Source of the DNA: Eledone cirrhosa
Lineage: Eukaryota
Assembly (NCBI GenBank): GCA_964016885.1
Contig: OZ024743.1
Location: 275,776,001 to 275,840,000 of the forward strand
Direction of reading: 5' to 3'
Length of the DNA stretch: 64,000 bases
Position numbers and translations under genes: made by a program. Below the pieces are notes generated by a model. It had not been told where the DNA came from. It was given only the letters and a program-made list of their open reading frames with translations, and did no database searches. This document shows positions 12,638 to 26,765 of this stretch, one piece after another; position 1 is the stretch's first letter; each line of letters starts with the position of its first letter.

Positions 12638-15600
12638 AAGAGAGAGATAGATAGATAGAGAGAGAGAGTTGATAATGAACTAACAAGGGAGGACTACATG
12701 GATTCTCCATCTGCTAGATATACCAACATAATCTCTCTTAAATTACATGCTACCATCTTGAAAAGAGAGAGATGCATTACATACATGCCCCTTTGATGAG
12801 TTGTAGTGCACCTGAGCACTCTACGCAATAATTTTCATTATCTTATCATAATGTAGTCCTCAATCTTTGTGTGTGCGTGTGTGTGTATATATCCTATTCA
12901 TCATCATTTAATGTCCAGTTTCTCTGCCAGCAACGGTTGGATGGGTTGTCAGCAGATTGTGTTGGTACTGACTACACGGTGGGTTGGATGCCGACATCTT
13001 GCATATGATTTCACACCCTACCAAGGGCATTTTATCATGACACCAGCACCTATGAGATTGTCATGTCTTTGAATCATCCCAACCCTTTGTTTATCAGGTT
13101 TTCTATGGCTGGATACATTTCTTATCACCAACCACATTACAAAATGTACTAGATGTGTTTATCATGCAAATCATCAAACTATATATATATATCATCATCA
13201 TCGTTTAACATCTTATGTTCCATGTTTGCATTGGTTAGATGGGTTATATATACTTATATATGTATCATCATCATCATTTAACATCCCATGTTCCATGTTT
13301 GCATCGGGGAGAGAGAGATTGATTTGAAGTGTATATGAAAGCATATACAATATATTTATGTATAATAAACATGTCTTGATGTGGGTATTTTAAGCTGTGA
13401 TTATGTGTCACAGCCACCACTGTAGGCATGTGAGAATATTAAATACAAGTGTTTCATTTTTATCCACCCCATATTACTGCTGCTCCTTATATATATATCT
13501 ATATACACACACACGATAGCTAAGAGAATGATGGGATGGTACGATTAGAACACCTCTAACCACGTGTCTGCTCAGTCAAGACTGACTTAGCATTAAACAA
13601 CAATCAGCATACAAGCCATATTGTCAAGGTATTGTTATATAACTACTTTAACATTCTTACAACTAATTCCATGTATCAGAAGTACTTCATAAGGTATGGA
13701 TCCAACCCTAGAAATAACAAATAATATCTAACACTTATGTAATTGGTCCTATTAATACTATGGCAGCCAGTTCTCCAAAGTAACAGGCCTAATTCCTTGA
13801 CTTAGAGGTATGTTGTGTTCTTGGGTTAGACATTTTATTTTTTATTGCTCCAGTTTTACTTAGCTGAATAATGGAGACCACCAGCAGCAGTTGCAGGTTA
13901 ATTTGGCTATGGACTAGCGTCTTATCCAGAAAGGTGTCATGTACCAGATGTCACATTGTATTCTTGAGCAAAGTAGCTGAATGAACTGGAGTAACACAAA
14001 ATGTCTTTCTCAAGTACATAACATAGCACCTAGTTCGAGAATTGAACTCATAAGCTTGTGATTGTAAGCCCAACACTGTAACTAGTAAGACACATGTCTT
14101 CATTTTCTAATTAATAAGTAACCATATTTATCTCAGATTTACACTAATAACCATTTATGTTGGGACATAACATCAATGTTAGCTGATAAAATAATCAGTT
14201 GATTTCCTCCCCTTACAAAAGAATTGTAATAAAATCTGTAACACACTCTTCTATGTTCTATTCAGTCAACTGAACATTAACTTGAGCTAACGAGGGAACT
14301 CCTATCCTATTGCTTCACCTGCTATAAATAAATCACACTCTAACGTATTAGAAAAAAAGCACACATTGTATGATGGAATTATAAATATATTATATCTGAG
14401 AAAAACACTAGAATGGTCATGGCTGGAATGTCATTGATCATAGATCTGCTGCTTGATCAGTTCAAGCCTGCTCTGGAGTTAAAAACAAACAACACTAAAT
14501 CCTGCTTATGGAATACATATCAACTATTATTTCCATCTATCTTCATCTTTATCTAGATCATTTACTTCTATGTATTTCCCTGCATCAATTGTTCAATAGA
14601 GAGGGCAATACTATTACTCCTTTACCTCCAGATGTAAATTTATGCTGCTGCTTTTAAAATTAGCCCCAATGAAAACATTAAAAACCAGGAGAAATGTGGT
14701 CCAGGTTATATTTATTTAACATTATATTAGTCAATCGATAAAATAAAGTACCAGTAATGTAATGAGTAATTGCTGGCCTTGTACAAAAGTAAAAACAATT
14801 ATATTAGTCAATCAGAGCTCTTAACACCTCCCACCTCCATCTGTCAGAACCAGGTTTGTCAGTCTTTTCTCATACATTAACTAATAAGCCAATCAAAATT
14901 GTGAATTTTTCTTTCCCTTAACATCAGCCAATCAGAGTCAAGTTAGTTAGTAACCTCTCTCATACACCGGTCAATCATTCTCCATACATTAGCAAATCAG
15001 AGTTGCCAGCCAGACTATACCAACCAAGCTACCACTCTTTATTTCACAATACATCAGCCTTATTTATAAGAGCATTGTTTGAAAAAAAAGTAAGCTATTA
15101 ATGCACATTGCATTTATAAAACTGGTTATCAATGTGAAATAAATCTGTACAAAAGAAAATAAACTTGAAGTTCAACTTTAAAACACAATGGAGGATGAAA
15201 ATGTAAAATGGTTACGGAAATATGTATTAAAAAAAAACAACTTTCATACTTTTGGGACTTCTTTTTAGAATTGTTATTTATTAAGATATGCTGCAAAAGA
15301 AATTATCCTGAAATTCTAGAAAGTATGTTAAGCTTAGAATAAAAGTTAAATAAGATATAAAAAAAAAAAGGTTAAAAAAACCTTAAAAAATAAAATAAAA
15401 TATCTTAACACACATCTAAACTATTCAAGAGGAATATTAACCTTGTCTTATCTCAAGGGTCTCAGGGAGACTTGTGAAAGCCATGGATGGGCACACAGGC
15501 ACCTTCCTCCAGACCAAGCCAATAACAAAAAAATAATAACAAAAAAAAAACTACAAATGAACATAAGAAAAGACTGACCCTTAAGACTATGCATATATAG

Positions 15601-18600
15601 GTAGTAAAAAAAAAAAAATTCCAATATACATGCATAGTCAGCTTCAACAAAACATTTGTAATGGTATACATTCAGTAGACTTGTAGAATATTAACACCGA
15701 TATGTAAGACTGGTAAAGCAGTCATTGACACCATAAAAACTGTAAACTATATAAAGAATGATATGTAGTTAATTTGAACTAAAATAAAATTAAATGAATT
15801 TTAAATTAAACAAAAAAAAAATAATAAAAATTAAAATAGAATGGAATGATAAAGTTTCTGACAATGCAAGAACAATTGTCTAGTTCTTGGGAGGCAAGAT
15901 GACAGCAAAATACCAGCACCTATATATACTTGTCCATTGGTTAGTCTATTTTGAAGAGAGAATTGTTATGTTGAAAGAATATAATTTCTTGGGAATATCC
16001 TATTTTTTAAGAATTGCATTCATTTGGTAAATTTCTAAGTTGTCAACATTAGTATAACAAGTTGAGACCGGATCAGGGAGAACAAGATTTTAGATCTTGT
16101 TTCATCATCATTTAATGTCAGCTTTCTCTGCTAGCAAGAGTTAGATGGGTCATCACAAACCAAGCCAATACTTAATCAGAGCTACTGATCTCTTGGACAG
16201 GCCGGGGACCGCATCTCACTTATATACGTTCATACACTCTACAGAGTGTACTGGGTACATTTTATCATGACACCAACACTAGAGAGGTTGTCATGTTTCT
16301 GACACAACTTGAGAATCTTCATGGCGCTTTATTTGGCAAGTTTTCTATGACTGAATGCCCTTCTTATCACCAATTACTTAATAGTGTACTGAGCATTTCA
16401 CTTACATACAATCTCACACCCTATAGAATGCACCAGGTACATTTATCATGGCACCAAAACTAGAAAAGTTGTCATGCCTCTGACACAACTGAAGAGTTGT
16501 CTCAACCCTTTTTGCCATGGTTTCTACAGCAACATGCCCCTCCTGTTTCTTGCTCAATTTTCACATAATTTTATTCAGTTTAACTAAATTGCTATGAAAC
16601 ATCTTAACCAGTTTTATACAAGATTTCTAATTTCATAAATTCCTTAATTTTAGTATTATTGGAGTGGGGCATGATAAGAGACAATGAGATGATCATAAGT
16701 GTTACTCAAAATCTTGTGATACGTATCAATTCATATTCCTTGTGTTGTAAGAACTAAATTATCATATGCCAGTGCTTGTCCATTGTATTTTTTGGTGACA
16801 AAACTCGTTACTTAGCACAAAGCCTGTGGTGGCAATGATACTCAACAACAGCTTATTTAATTTTTTAAATATGTTTGAAAGGTAATGTTTTAATTTTATT
16901 TCTATATAATTAGCAACATTTTAATATCCTAGAATGGTATTGGTACTCAATAGAGTGTGTAGATCGGAGATCAGAGAGGCTCACCAGGTAGTACTGCTAT
17001 TTCCCAAACTAATTGAGGGGTCACTGTTCTGATACTATTGACATGTGGTTAGAATTTCTAAGAAAAGAATCACTTGACAGTTTTTATGGGCAGGCAAAGC
17101 TAATCAGCATGAGACGCAGAAGACCACAAGCAAGATGGTTACATAAAACTCATGGGTTCAGTTGGTCTTGCTTGGGGTTCCAGCCAAATCATTTTGAGAC
17201 TGATGCTTCTGATATGACCCTGAGGATTCTGTCACCACAACACTCACAGGAATAAGTGGGCAAAGAAGAAGAAAAAGGAATGGTAGAGCTGGAGGTTTTT
17301 AACCAGTTTTACTTTTCCTAAATTCTCAATGTTCATGCACTGGATTTAGTGCCTAACTCATAGCTGCCAGATAGATATCTTCTCACAACTTCTACTCAAA
17401 AGGAGTCTCTGTTGGTTTGACACAAACACTGTCACCCATGAGGTGGACTCATCTGTAATGCAGTCTCACCACAGCCCCTCCCAGGATGACGTAAATGGTA
17501 AGGTAGCCAGCCAGTTACAAATATTGATTAGTATGATCACCAGATCTTAAGCTAACAATATCTGGTCCTTGCATATATAGTGTTTAATATTGGAATCATG
17601 AGTGGCTGGCAATATTTGTGTCAGTTGTCTGTGATTGCTGTGCTTGTTCAGGTAGTCTCTGTTTGTAATGTCATTGTGGATGCACTGGGTGGAGCCAGTT
17701 CAATCAATTCTGGGTGAATGCTGACACAAGTATGAGTAATGGGTAGGGTAGGATAGGTTTGCACTACAACATTGCATAGCCATTATGTATTTCAGTACTA
17801 GATCACAATATTGGAGATTAACATTTCAAGATCTGATATAACCATTTCTTCCCCAACCTTCCTTGCTCTACTTCTGCCATATCTATCAGATACCACTAAC
17901 TCAGGACAGCTTTAAATCATCCAGCATATATCCTTCTCCATTCAGTTTACATGTTCAAACCAGTGCAGTTGCCTTTCCTGTACATCATCATCACCGTTTA
18001 ACGTCCATTTTTCCACGCAAGCATGGGTTAAAAAAGTTGTTCCATTGTGAGATAAGCTATATCAGATAACCATGTCTTGCTTATACAGAACTGGCTTGGT
18101 TTCTATGGCTGGATGCCCTTCCTAATGCCAACCACATTTATAGTGTAGATTAGGTGCTACATATCAACCAATACTACTGAAGATAAATCCATCTTTCTCA
18201 ACACCCTTGTGATCAATCTTTCTTGTAAATTAATGTTGCTCATCCAGTGGACAATAGACTGCTTCACCTTCTCCACATTTGATTTGTCTTACTTTGTATT
18301 TTATTTCTTTATCTACATTTCATATAACTTGCCCTCTTTCTAATACAATGACATTGACAATAGGTATATCAATTCTTAAAACTTCTGTCCTCACTTACAA
18401 AGCTAATTCTAGCTTCACCTACAGCACCAATTATAAAGTTAATAGAATTTATCTGCTAATTAGTTTAATGCTCATCACTTTACCGATCTCTCTACTGCAT
18501 TGATTCTGTGACTGATTACCATTTCATTTTTGGGTATAATCTATTGGTATAATCTATATTTGAATTGACTACCCAATAATAGATATATGTACAGAATTAT

Positions 18601-18879
18601 ATTAATTTTGGTGACATTAAATTGTAGTTTAGAGATTAAACTCTGGTTTTAGACCTACTCATAAGTGACTTGTAATAATCTTAATAACACAAACAGAAAC
18701 AATAACAATTTGTAAGTTTAAATCCATTTTCTTGCCTCCTCGTAGTTCTGTGGCTACTTCCAAACCTACAAGATGAAAGTTAGAATTAATCTGTGCAAAG
18801 AGAAGGAAAGATGGAATAAATAAACACTTAAAGTCTTTTTTCTGGAAGGAGGAAAAAGAAATTAAGTGTCGAGTTTTAC

Positions 18880-19042
18880 CTTCATCCTCACCTGTTGTTT
18901 CTCTTTTCCTCTTCTTTTTTTTTGTATGTGAGGCATAGTTGTCTCGTGCACTCCAACCAGGGTATAGTTGCATGTGTAACTCTTTTTCCTTGCGAGCCAT
19001 TTCATAGTATTTGGCCTGTTCAGCTCGATCTAATGCGTGCCA
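18880..19042 (-). CDS. Tcf: TCF exon B: C-terminal half of HMG box plus canonical basic tail/NLS (mutually exclusive copy)
   Basis: Acceptor tttgtttctatccag|TGG. Donor GAAG|gtaaaa at 18880, or CAG|gtgagg at 18892 in the same phase. Encodes [54 protein letters not shown]. Confidence 0.95.
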
Positions 19043-19365
19043 CTGGATAGAAACAAATACGGGTTTAAGCAGACCCCCCAACAACAACTTCAACATAACA
19101 CTCTTATAATTTAAACAATATTTTAAAAAATATATATATATTCAGTTTGTAGTATAGGATGAAATTATAAAGGATTTGTTACAGCATTTAAAACTAATTT
19201 GTGGGTTTACTAATTTATAGAGAAATTTGCTGAATTGATAATACATGGACTACAAAGGTTTGACAAAAGGAAAAAAATATAATGAATCTAAAAATTAAAT
19301 GTACTAACAAATTGATTTCATCTTAATATAGTAAAGCTGTATAAAACTATTTCTGGTTATATATA

Positions 19366-19466
19366 TAGGGTGTCCTAAAAACATGTATACACACTTTGAT
19401 TACCTATACAGGCAATATTTATTAGAATAATGTTGAAGTGTGTATATATTTTTTTGGAACACCCTG
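19366..19466. mobile_element. Tc1/mariner-type MITE
   Basis: Same TIRs and internal sequence as 4937-5033, with TA flanks. Confidence 0.8.
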
Positions 19467-20123
19467 TATGTAATTTTTAATGGCTGGTTCAAAGAAAGGT
19501 TGTGTTTAGCCTTTTGGGAATGGAACAGTTCCAGAAATGATTTCCCTCAAAGTATTATGTCTTGATTCATTTTATTTAGATAAGCAGACCAGATTTGATA
19601 ATAAAAAAATACCTATATGAAATGTTGACAATAATTCTCAGAACTAGTAGTTGGCAACTGAACATTAAAATATTGATTTATTTTGATAAGTAGATCAGGT
19701 TTATCAACAAGAATACCTGTATTAAATATATGCAATATTTTGGTAAACAGACCAGATTTGTTCAAAGGAAATTCCTATATTAAACACAAGCAATATTTTA
19801 TGCCCAAACCAGAATGTATGTGAGCAAGTGGATGTGTATAATTTGGGAAGATGGTAGCTCCAATTAAGTACAGTCTTGATTTGTGACAATCCATCCAACT
19901 TATGTCAGCGTGGAATAGCAGACTTTAAATGATGGTAATCAGATTGGTTTATATGAAATATAGGTAACATTTCTGAAACTGATTTATTTGATGTGACAAA
20001 GAACAATTTAATAGGAGTAAGGAGAAAAAGTTGACTGAATAAAGCTAGTATATTTCAAATATTCTTTTTTTATCAACTTCAAAGATTTTCCAATTGAAAT
20101 AACAGGGTATTGTACTTAATACA

Positions 20124-20351
20124 TTAACCCTTTGGCATTTACATTACTCTATATTTACTATTGTATTTTCACAGGAAAGGCTTTACCTCACATAATTAAC
20201 TCACATAATATTGAATCTATGAGATTCTGATATTATTTATTTTAAGAACAATACCTTAACATCACTATGATTGGCCGGTTATGGCTGGTTTGAACAGAAA
20301 AAGGTGAGAGAATTCTGGTCGGATATGGCTAGTTTAAATGCTAAAGGGTTA
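20124..20351. mobile_element. piggyBac-type MITE
   Basis: TTAA-CCCTTTGGCATTTA ... TAAATGCTAAAGGG-TTA; same family at 52460-52745 and 61135-61345. Confidence 0.75.
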
Positions 20352-23300
20352 CAGTATCCAGTTTGTCAATTGTTGAATGGTAAGAGATGATTGTTTTCAA
20401 ATCAAATCTTTATTGAGGCCAGGTGTAATTTTAAGAACAATTTCTGTTTATGATAAAACTTCATAAGTGAAATTCTTTTAAAGAATAAGGTTTCAAAACT
20501 AACATTGATTTTATATAATAGGTTGATAATTAAATATTTATTAACATCTTATAGTATTGTATGTTGGGTGGTAGATATCAGAGACAAAAGCAGCTTATTC
20601 AGTCTCAGTAAAACTGGTCTGCAACATCATGAATCAAACTGAAGCAGTTTGATTCATATTGCATACTGTAATATGAAGTAGATCAGAAAATTTTATATTT
20701 AAGTGTCTATTGTGTAGACAACACTAAAGAGATTGTCATATCTTTGACGCAACTGAAAAGTCTATTTGACCCTTTGTTTCGCAAGCAATCTACATCTGGA
20801 TGCCCTTCCTATCACCAACTACTTTACAGTATATACTTGGTACAGTTGACCCCTGCTGGTGCACTTTTAAATCTAATTTTGTGCAGTAAGTTTACCTTTT
20901 GTGCAAAAATAATGCAAGCAATTTACATGGTAAATGATGGTTAAACACTCAGAAAATGTTCAAAATAGCCATTCCTAATGCTTCTCAGACTCAGAGAACA
21001 TCAAACACTGGGCCATGGCACTTGCTTCAAAGATTTGTGCTGTTTTAAAATTTCTTTAAAATAAACCTAGTTTCAGACAAGGTCTTCAGTGAAGAAAATG
21101 ATCTGGTTGCAGAAGTTGATCAACATAGCTTAGATCATATACTACATAATCCATTCAGCACTTCCAGCATTGAAAAAATATATATATTACACCACTTTCA
21201 AATGTCAAAAATGGCAGCTTACAAGTGACAAATGAAAAGAGAAAAACAAAAACAAAAAAACTTCCAACTAGTCTGTTCTATTAATTTTTTCATGAAGGGA
21301 TTTTATCCCGAAATATAAGGACCTATAAAGAACTGCAAGATAACATCCTAACATCTTTCTTATCATATTTGTAACATTTATCCCCCAACAAAACACTATT
21401 TTCTATGTCTGTGTGTATATGTCTATGTTCATATCTTTCACAGCATATCAGTCAAAAAGAAAAAAGAAACGGGGGGGGGGTGTTATTGTCCACAAATTCT
21501 GACATAAAATAAACAGAAGATGGATTGAGTAAAAAAACAAACAAACAAACAAATGCCATGAGAAAGCAGTAAAGGACACACTAAATATATGTAGGGAAGA
21601 CTTAGGACAAGCTAATTAGATCACATTTTGGTGTACAGCAATACACCCAATACATTCTGTAAAGTATAATGTTTGTGCCATCATAAAATACACCCAGTAC
21701 ACTCTGTAAAATATAGTGTTGGTGCTACAGTAAAATGCACTTGGTATACTGTAAGATGGTTGATGTGAAGAAAGGCATCCAGCCATAGTAACCATGGCAA
21801 ATATGGAATGTATGAGCAAGACAAGTTCTCTATGACCAGTCTAATTTTGAACTATGAAAACCCATCCAATTTATCCCAGCATGGAAGGAGGATTTAAAAT
21901 GTGGATGATGATGGTTACAATGAATGAAAATACTGTTGATAATAAAGCAATGAATGATTTGACAGAATAATCGAACAGTTAATCTGGTTTACACTAAACT
22001 CTAGTCTTTTATCTAATTAAACTTCTGCAAACGAGTTTACATTGTCAAGAAATGGAATTTACTAAGTCTGGGGAACCTAATATTTCACAAGAACCAACTA
22101 AGGTTAATCCCACAACTGAATAAAAAAACAATTGGGTATGAGGTCTGTTTATTACCAAAATGTCTAAAAGCTCAAAGCATTAATCACTTATGGAAGAATA
22201 CAGAGCATAATAATTTTAAAATCAACTGACAACAAAAGAAATTACTTAAAATCATTAATAAAATTTGAAGTACCTTCTTTGGTTGTCAATTGATACAAAA
22301 AATAGTTCTAAAATAAATATATAACTTAGGAAGTGGTATAATATGTGAGGTAAATATCGTAAGGATTTTTAAAAATATTGATTCATCTTAGCTTCATTTA
22401 ATGACAAAACTGCTTTCATAATCAGCAATTTGTTTCATTACCATTGCCTTAACCCTGTTGATATCAACAGCTTCTCGTTCTATAAAACAAAACCACCCAT
22501 TTTAAAAGGTTTCTATCTCAATTTAATACCTTCCAACATAATTTTACCTTTGTTATGTTACAAAAACCATCTTAATAATTAAATTATTAATAACTTTAAT
22601 AAATCCCTCCAGATTCTTTAATAGCTAATTGAAATACAGAGTATTTCATAAAAAATTTGCTAATGAAAGGGTTAATGATTTTTAAATGAAACACTTGGCA
22701 ACAGGTAGAAAACTGGTCAAACTTTATAGTATAATATGTAATTCAGTGTCCAGCACATGAGACCCACTTACACTTACAATACCTAGCTTACACAATAGTT
22801 TTTTCTATGAAAGAGCTATCCTATACAACCCTAAAAAGAGGAGATGGTCGTAGATAGAATGTTTTAGATTATAGGTCAACTTAGCTGTAAACAAAAACGA
22901 CAACAATTATGGTATCCTTGTTCAACAGCCACACAACAGTGAATTTGGAGGCAGAGTGGTGGAGGGAAATATTTTTTTTATTCCTCAGAGTGTGTTAAGA
23001 GTAATTTAACTTGTCCAAGAAAACTTTGTGGTGGTTTTATCTGTTTATTTAGCTATTTTCTCAGTAAAATTTGGAAATGGAAGAAAAAAATTAATAAATT
23101 TTTTTTTTTCTAACTTTTAAGAGGAAAATTTTACATCACTAAAATAATGAGCTCTTTAAAAAATTACCAGTAAAATAAACAAACCATAAATTAGGAATAC
23201 TGCTAGAATATTGATTAAATTTAATCAAAGTTCTCAGTAAAAATTATTCTGATAAACTAGGTCTTTTTGGAGGGAAGGGCAATGTCCATAACCCTTTTCA

Positions 23301-24080
23301 GGGCGTCGGAGACTGGTGGAGGAGGAAAGCATCTTCAAGCTAGACAGCTGGTCTGAAGGGACTCCATTAAAACCACCCTAAAATAAGGCAAGGCTATCCA
23401 ATGCTCTAACAAATTCACCAATCTACTACCCTGGACTGGTACTATATATGTTTTACTCTGAAAGGATGAAAAGCAAAGTTAACATCAGAGAGATGGACCA
23501 AAGCATTTTGTCCGACATTCTAATAACCCTTCAGATGATGCAAGATGAAGTGACAAATTTCACCACTGTGGAACTATGGAACTTAATTAAATATAAACAT
23601 CAAACTAATCCTTTCTACATATTAATAACCACATTGAACAAAACTGTAAATTAAAACATAATCAGATCTACAAATGGTTTAAGAAATATAATAATGATAG
23701 AGGAATCATTTATTAAAACAAACACAAAAAGTTATGAAATAAACACTTTAAAAACTAACCTATCTATACCACCTCTATTAAAGTATACACATATAAATTC
23801 AAACCTTTGACTGAAATCTTATTATTACATAATAGATAATACTATTAAATTTCAATAGTTAAATATTAGTCTTAAGTTGAAAGTTAATTATTTCACTAAG
23901 ATTCTCTCATAATCTTTAATTATTCCAATAACTAGAACACAAAGGCCGTGTAGTATTCTTGTTAGAAATATGGTCACAAAATGGTTAAATAAGTGATATT
24001 AATAACAGTGGTAGTAATATTAGTAGTAGTAGTAATGATAATAGTAATAATAATAATAACAGTAATAGTAGTAGTTGTTG

Positions 24081-24220
24081 TCATACCTGCCATGTATCAT
24101 TAACACAAGAGTGATACTTGTAAACTGGAGGGTTGTTGAGAAGTTTGCTTCTAAGATCAACGCCTCTGAAGAAATGATCTTCCAGAGACAAGCTGGCAAT
24201 ATTTGGCAGAATAAAGACTT
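24081..24220 (-). CDS. Candidate TCF exon following exon A (terminal or internal)
   Basis: Long pyrimidine tract ...tcctcttttgtgcctgtttataag|. Open in the phase-1 frame left by exon A (EVFILPNIASLSLEDHFFRGVDLRSKLLNNPPVYKYHSCVNDTWQ). Ends CAG|GTATGA, which is either a donor or Val-stop. No homology recognised. Confidence 0.4.
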
Positions 24221-24564
24221 CTTATAAACAGGCACAAAAGAGGACAGATTGATAACAGTAAAATGTAACAACCATTTAACAGAAAATCAACAACAGCAGC
24301 AGTAGTAGTAGTAGCAGACATGAATAAACATGATAATAGCAACATTCAGATACAAGAATAAAGGTAAAAAAAGGCACTTAATCGTTTTTTAATTAATATT
24401 TAAAAAAAAATTTTTTTCTCCTTCCAGAAAAAATTCTACAAGTGATGACAATGTTTCAATAAATGTTTTCATGACAGGGGTGAATGTGAATGAACAATTT
24501 ACAGAAATTCCATTCCATGTAATGGTGAGAAAAGGAACTCAGTTTAAAACAAATTGTTTATGAG

Positions 24565-24605
<41 letters not shown>

Positions 24606-26450
24606 GAAGCAAAAATTAATTTTAAAAAAAGGTTAAATTGAATAAATAAAACAATCCATAACATATGTCTTTGGAACCTGGAAAATCTTAATTCTTCTTC
24701 CAGAAAGAATGGAATGGTATTGATCATAAAGTGGTATAACTGCATCCTTAAGTGGAAAAACAAACAGCAGTCAAAGAGTTATAGATTACTGAAAAATTAA
24801 AAATATATATTTGTTTTTTTTTTAGAGAAAGTACTAGTAGTAGCAGCAGCAGCATATTTAAAATGTCTTACTGGAAAAAAAGATGTTTAAAAAAATGAGG
24901 AAAGAAAGGTTATATATATTTAAATCCGTAAAAAGTTTGTCAGTTGGATTCTATATATTGGTCCTGGATAGTAAACACCACAAAAGAAAATGAAGTATGG
25001 TTTTGCCTTTATCTGACTGACAACCCTCATTGGAACAGTGTATCACATATATATATATATACACATTTCAAGTGGATGAACCAGGTGTAAGTCATGTAGA
25101 AGTCATCCCTATATGAAATAAATCATATACATATGTATGTGGCAATCAATGAAATGCACTTTCACACATCTTTCTCTCTCAAAAGAAGTCTAAATTCTAC
25201 ATTTATTAACACTTATATCACTTACATACGTCTAACACAAGTAGTTGATTAAACCAACCAACACATGCACCCCTTATGTCGTCACTTGACCTGATATAAA
25301 TAAATAAATGGCAACAAGAATTCTCCTCAAATTAAAGCTCTGACTGTCTTAAACAACCAACACATTGAATAATGTAGTTTCTCGTTAGATGCCTGAATAA
25401 TAATGATAATAATAATAAAGATTGGATGTTCATGGCTGGAATACTTCTGATCATAGATCTGTTCAATCAGAGATGACCTTGAGATTAAACAAGCAGAAGT
25501 TTTAAGCTGGAAACAACACTTGAATTTCTTACCTTTCTCAAAAGATATATTTTTTCAATTAATAATAATTATCTCTTTTAAACAGATGAATTATTTTTAA
25601 ACATCACAAAAAGTAAATGAAAAAATATTTTTGTCTGTGCGTGTGTGGTGTGTCTCTCAAAGTAGTGTGTTCAATTTTTCTTTATGAAAGGGGAGGGGAA
25701 ACGGAATTATTAACATAAAGTAAATAATAGTTTCAAAAGATTTTAGCAAATACAGATTCCGAAGGTTTGTGAGACATTGTGTGAGAATTGCTCAACACAT
25801 GCCACCATAGAAAAAACAAATGTAAAGGGAATATGATGATGATGATGATGATGATAATGAAGGTAGGTAGGTAGATAGATAGATAGATAGATAGATAAAT
25901 AGATAGAAAGATGGATAGATAGATGAATAGACAGATTTAGGTAGATAGATTTTGATAGATAGATATAACAAAAACAAAGCATGACATAAGATAAGCTATT
26001 TTAGGTATATATATATATCATTTTAAGAAATATAAAAGAAAAAATATATAAAGTATGGACAGGTTCATACAAGCCCATTCATATGTAAAATGTAGGCGCC
26101 TAAAGCTTGAATAAGACTGATGCCAGATGTAAAATGTAAACCCCCCCCCCCCCATACATAAAAAATTTTGTTAAGCTGGTAAGAGGCCCAAGTCAGTAAT
26201 CAGTACTAAATAAATAAATAAAATTGATGCATGGGTTGCAGGTATGTAGTGCAGATGATGTACTTACAAGTAAAAGAATTAAAAAGAAAATCTACCATTT
26301 AAGACAAGTCCCTGCCTAACAGGAGCATAGGAACAGAAGAGAGAGAATGAGCTCACTGATTGGGAGTTGAAATATTGCATCTCAGTGAAGGAGAAAAGAT
26401 ATTGTTACTAACATTTGTTCAGGTTTTGGATAAAATACTTCTTAAGCTGT

Positions 26451-26765
26451 TATTTAACAATCAGCTGCATTATTAAACATTCAGCCATAGTATTAAGCAT
26501 TAAACTGCCATATCAAGCATTCAGCTGCAATATTAAGCATTCAGCTGCAATATTAAACATTCGGCTACATTATAAAACATTCAGCAGCATTATCAAACAT
26601 TCGGCTGTAGTATTAAGTATCCAACTGTAATATTATCCATCCAGCTGTACTCTTAAGCTGCTATCTATATTACTGTAATATTTATTAAACACTCAACTGT
26701 AATATTAAATAGGCAGCTATATTATGAAGTATTAATTTGCAATATTGAAGATACAGCTGTATTAC
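26451..26765. repeat. Degenerate 20-bp minisatellite (~15 units)
   Basis: Consensus TATTAAGCATTCAGCTGCAA in an exact 20-bp register over 26451-26650. Confidence 0.85.

Noticed and set aside
16950-18530. GC-richer stretch suggesting old LINE remnants
   Set aside because: Too degenerate to translate into diagnostic motifs by eye.
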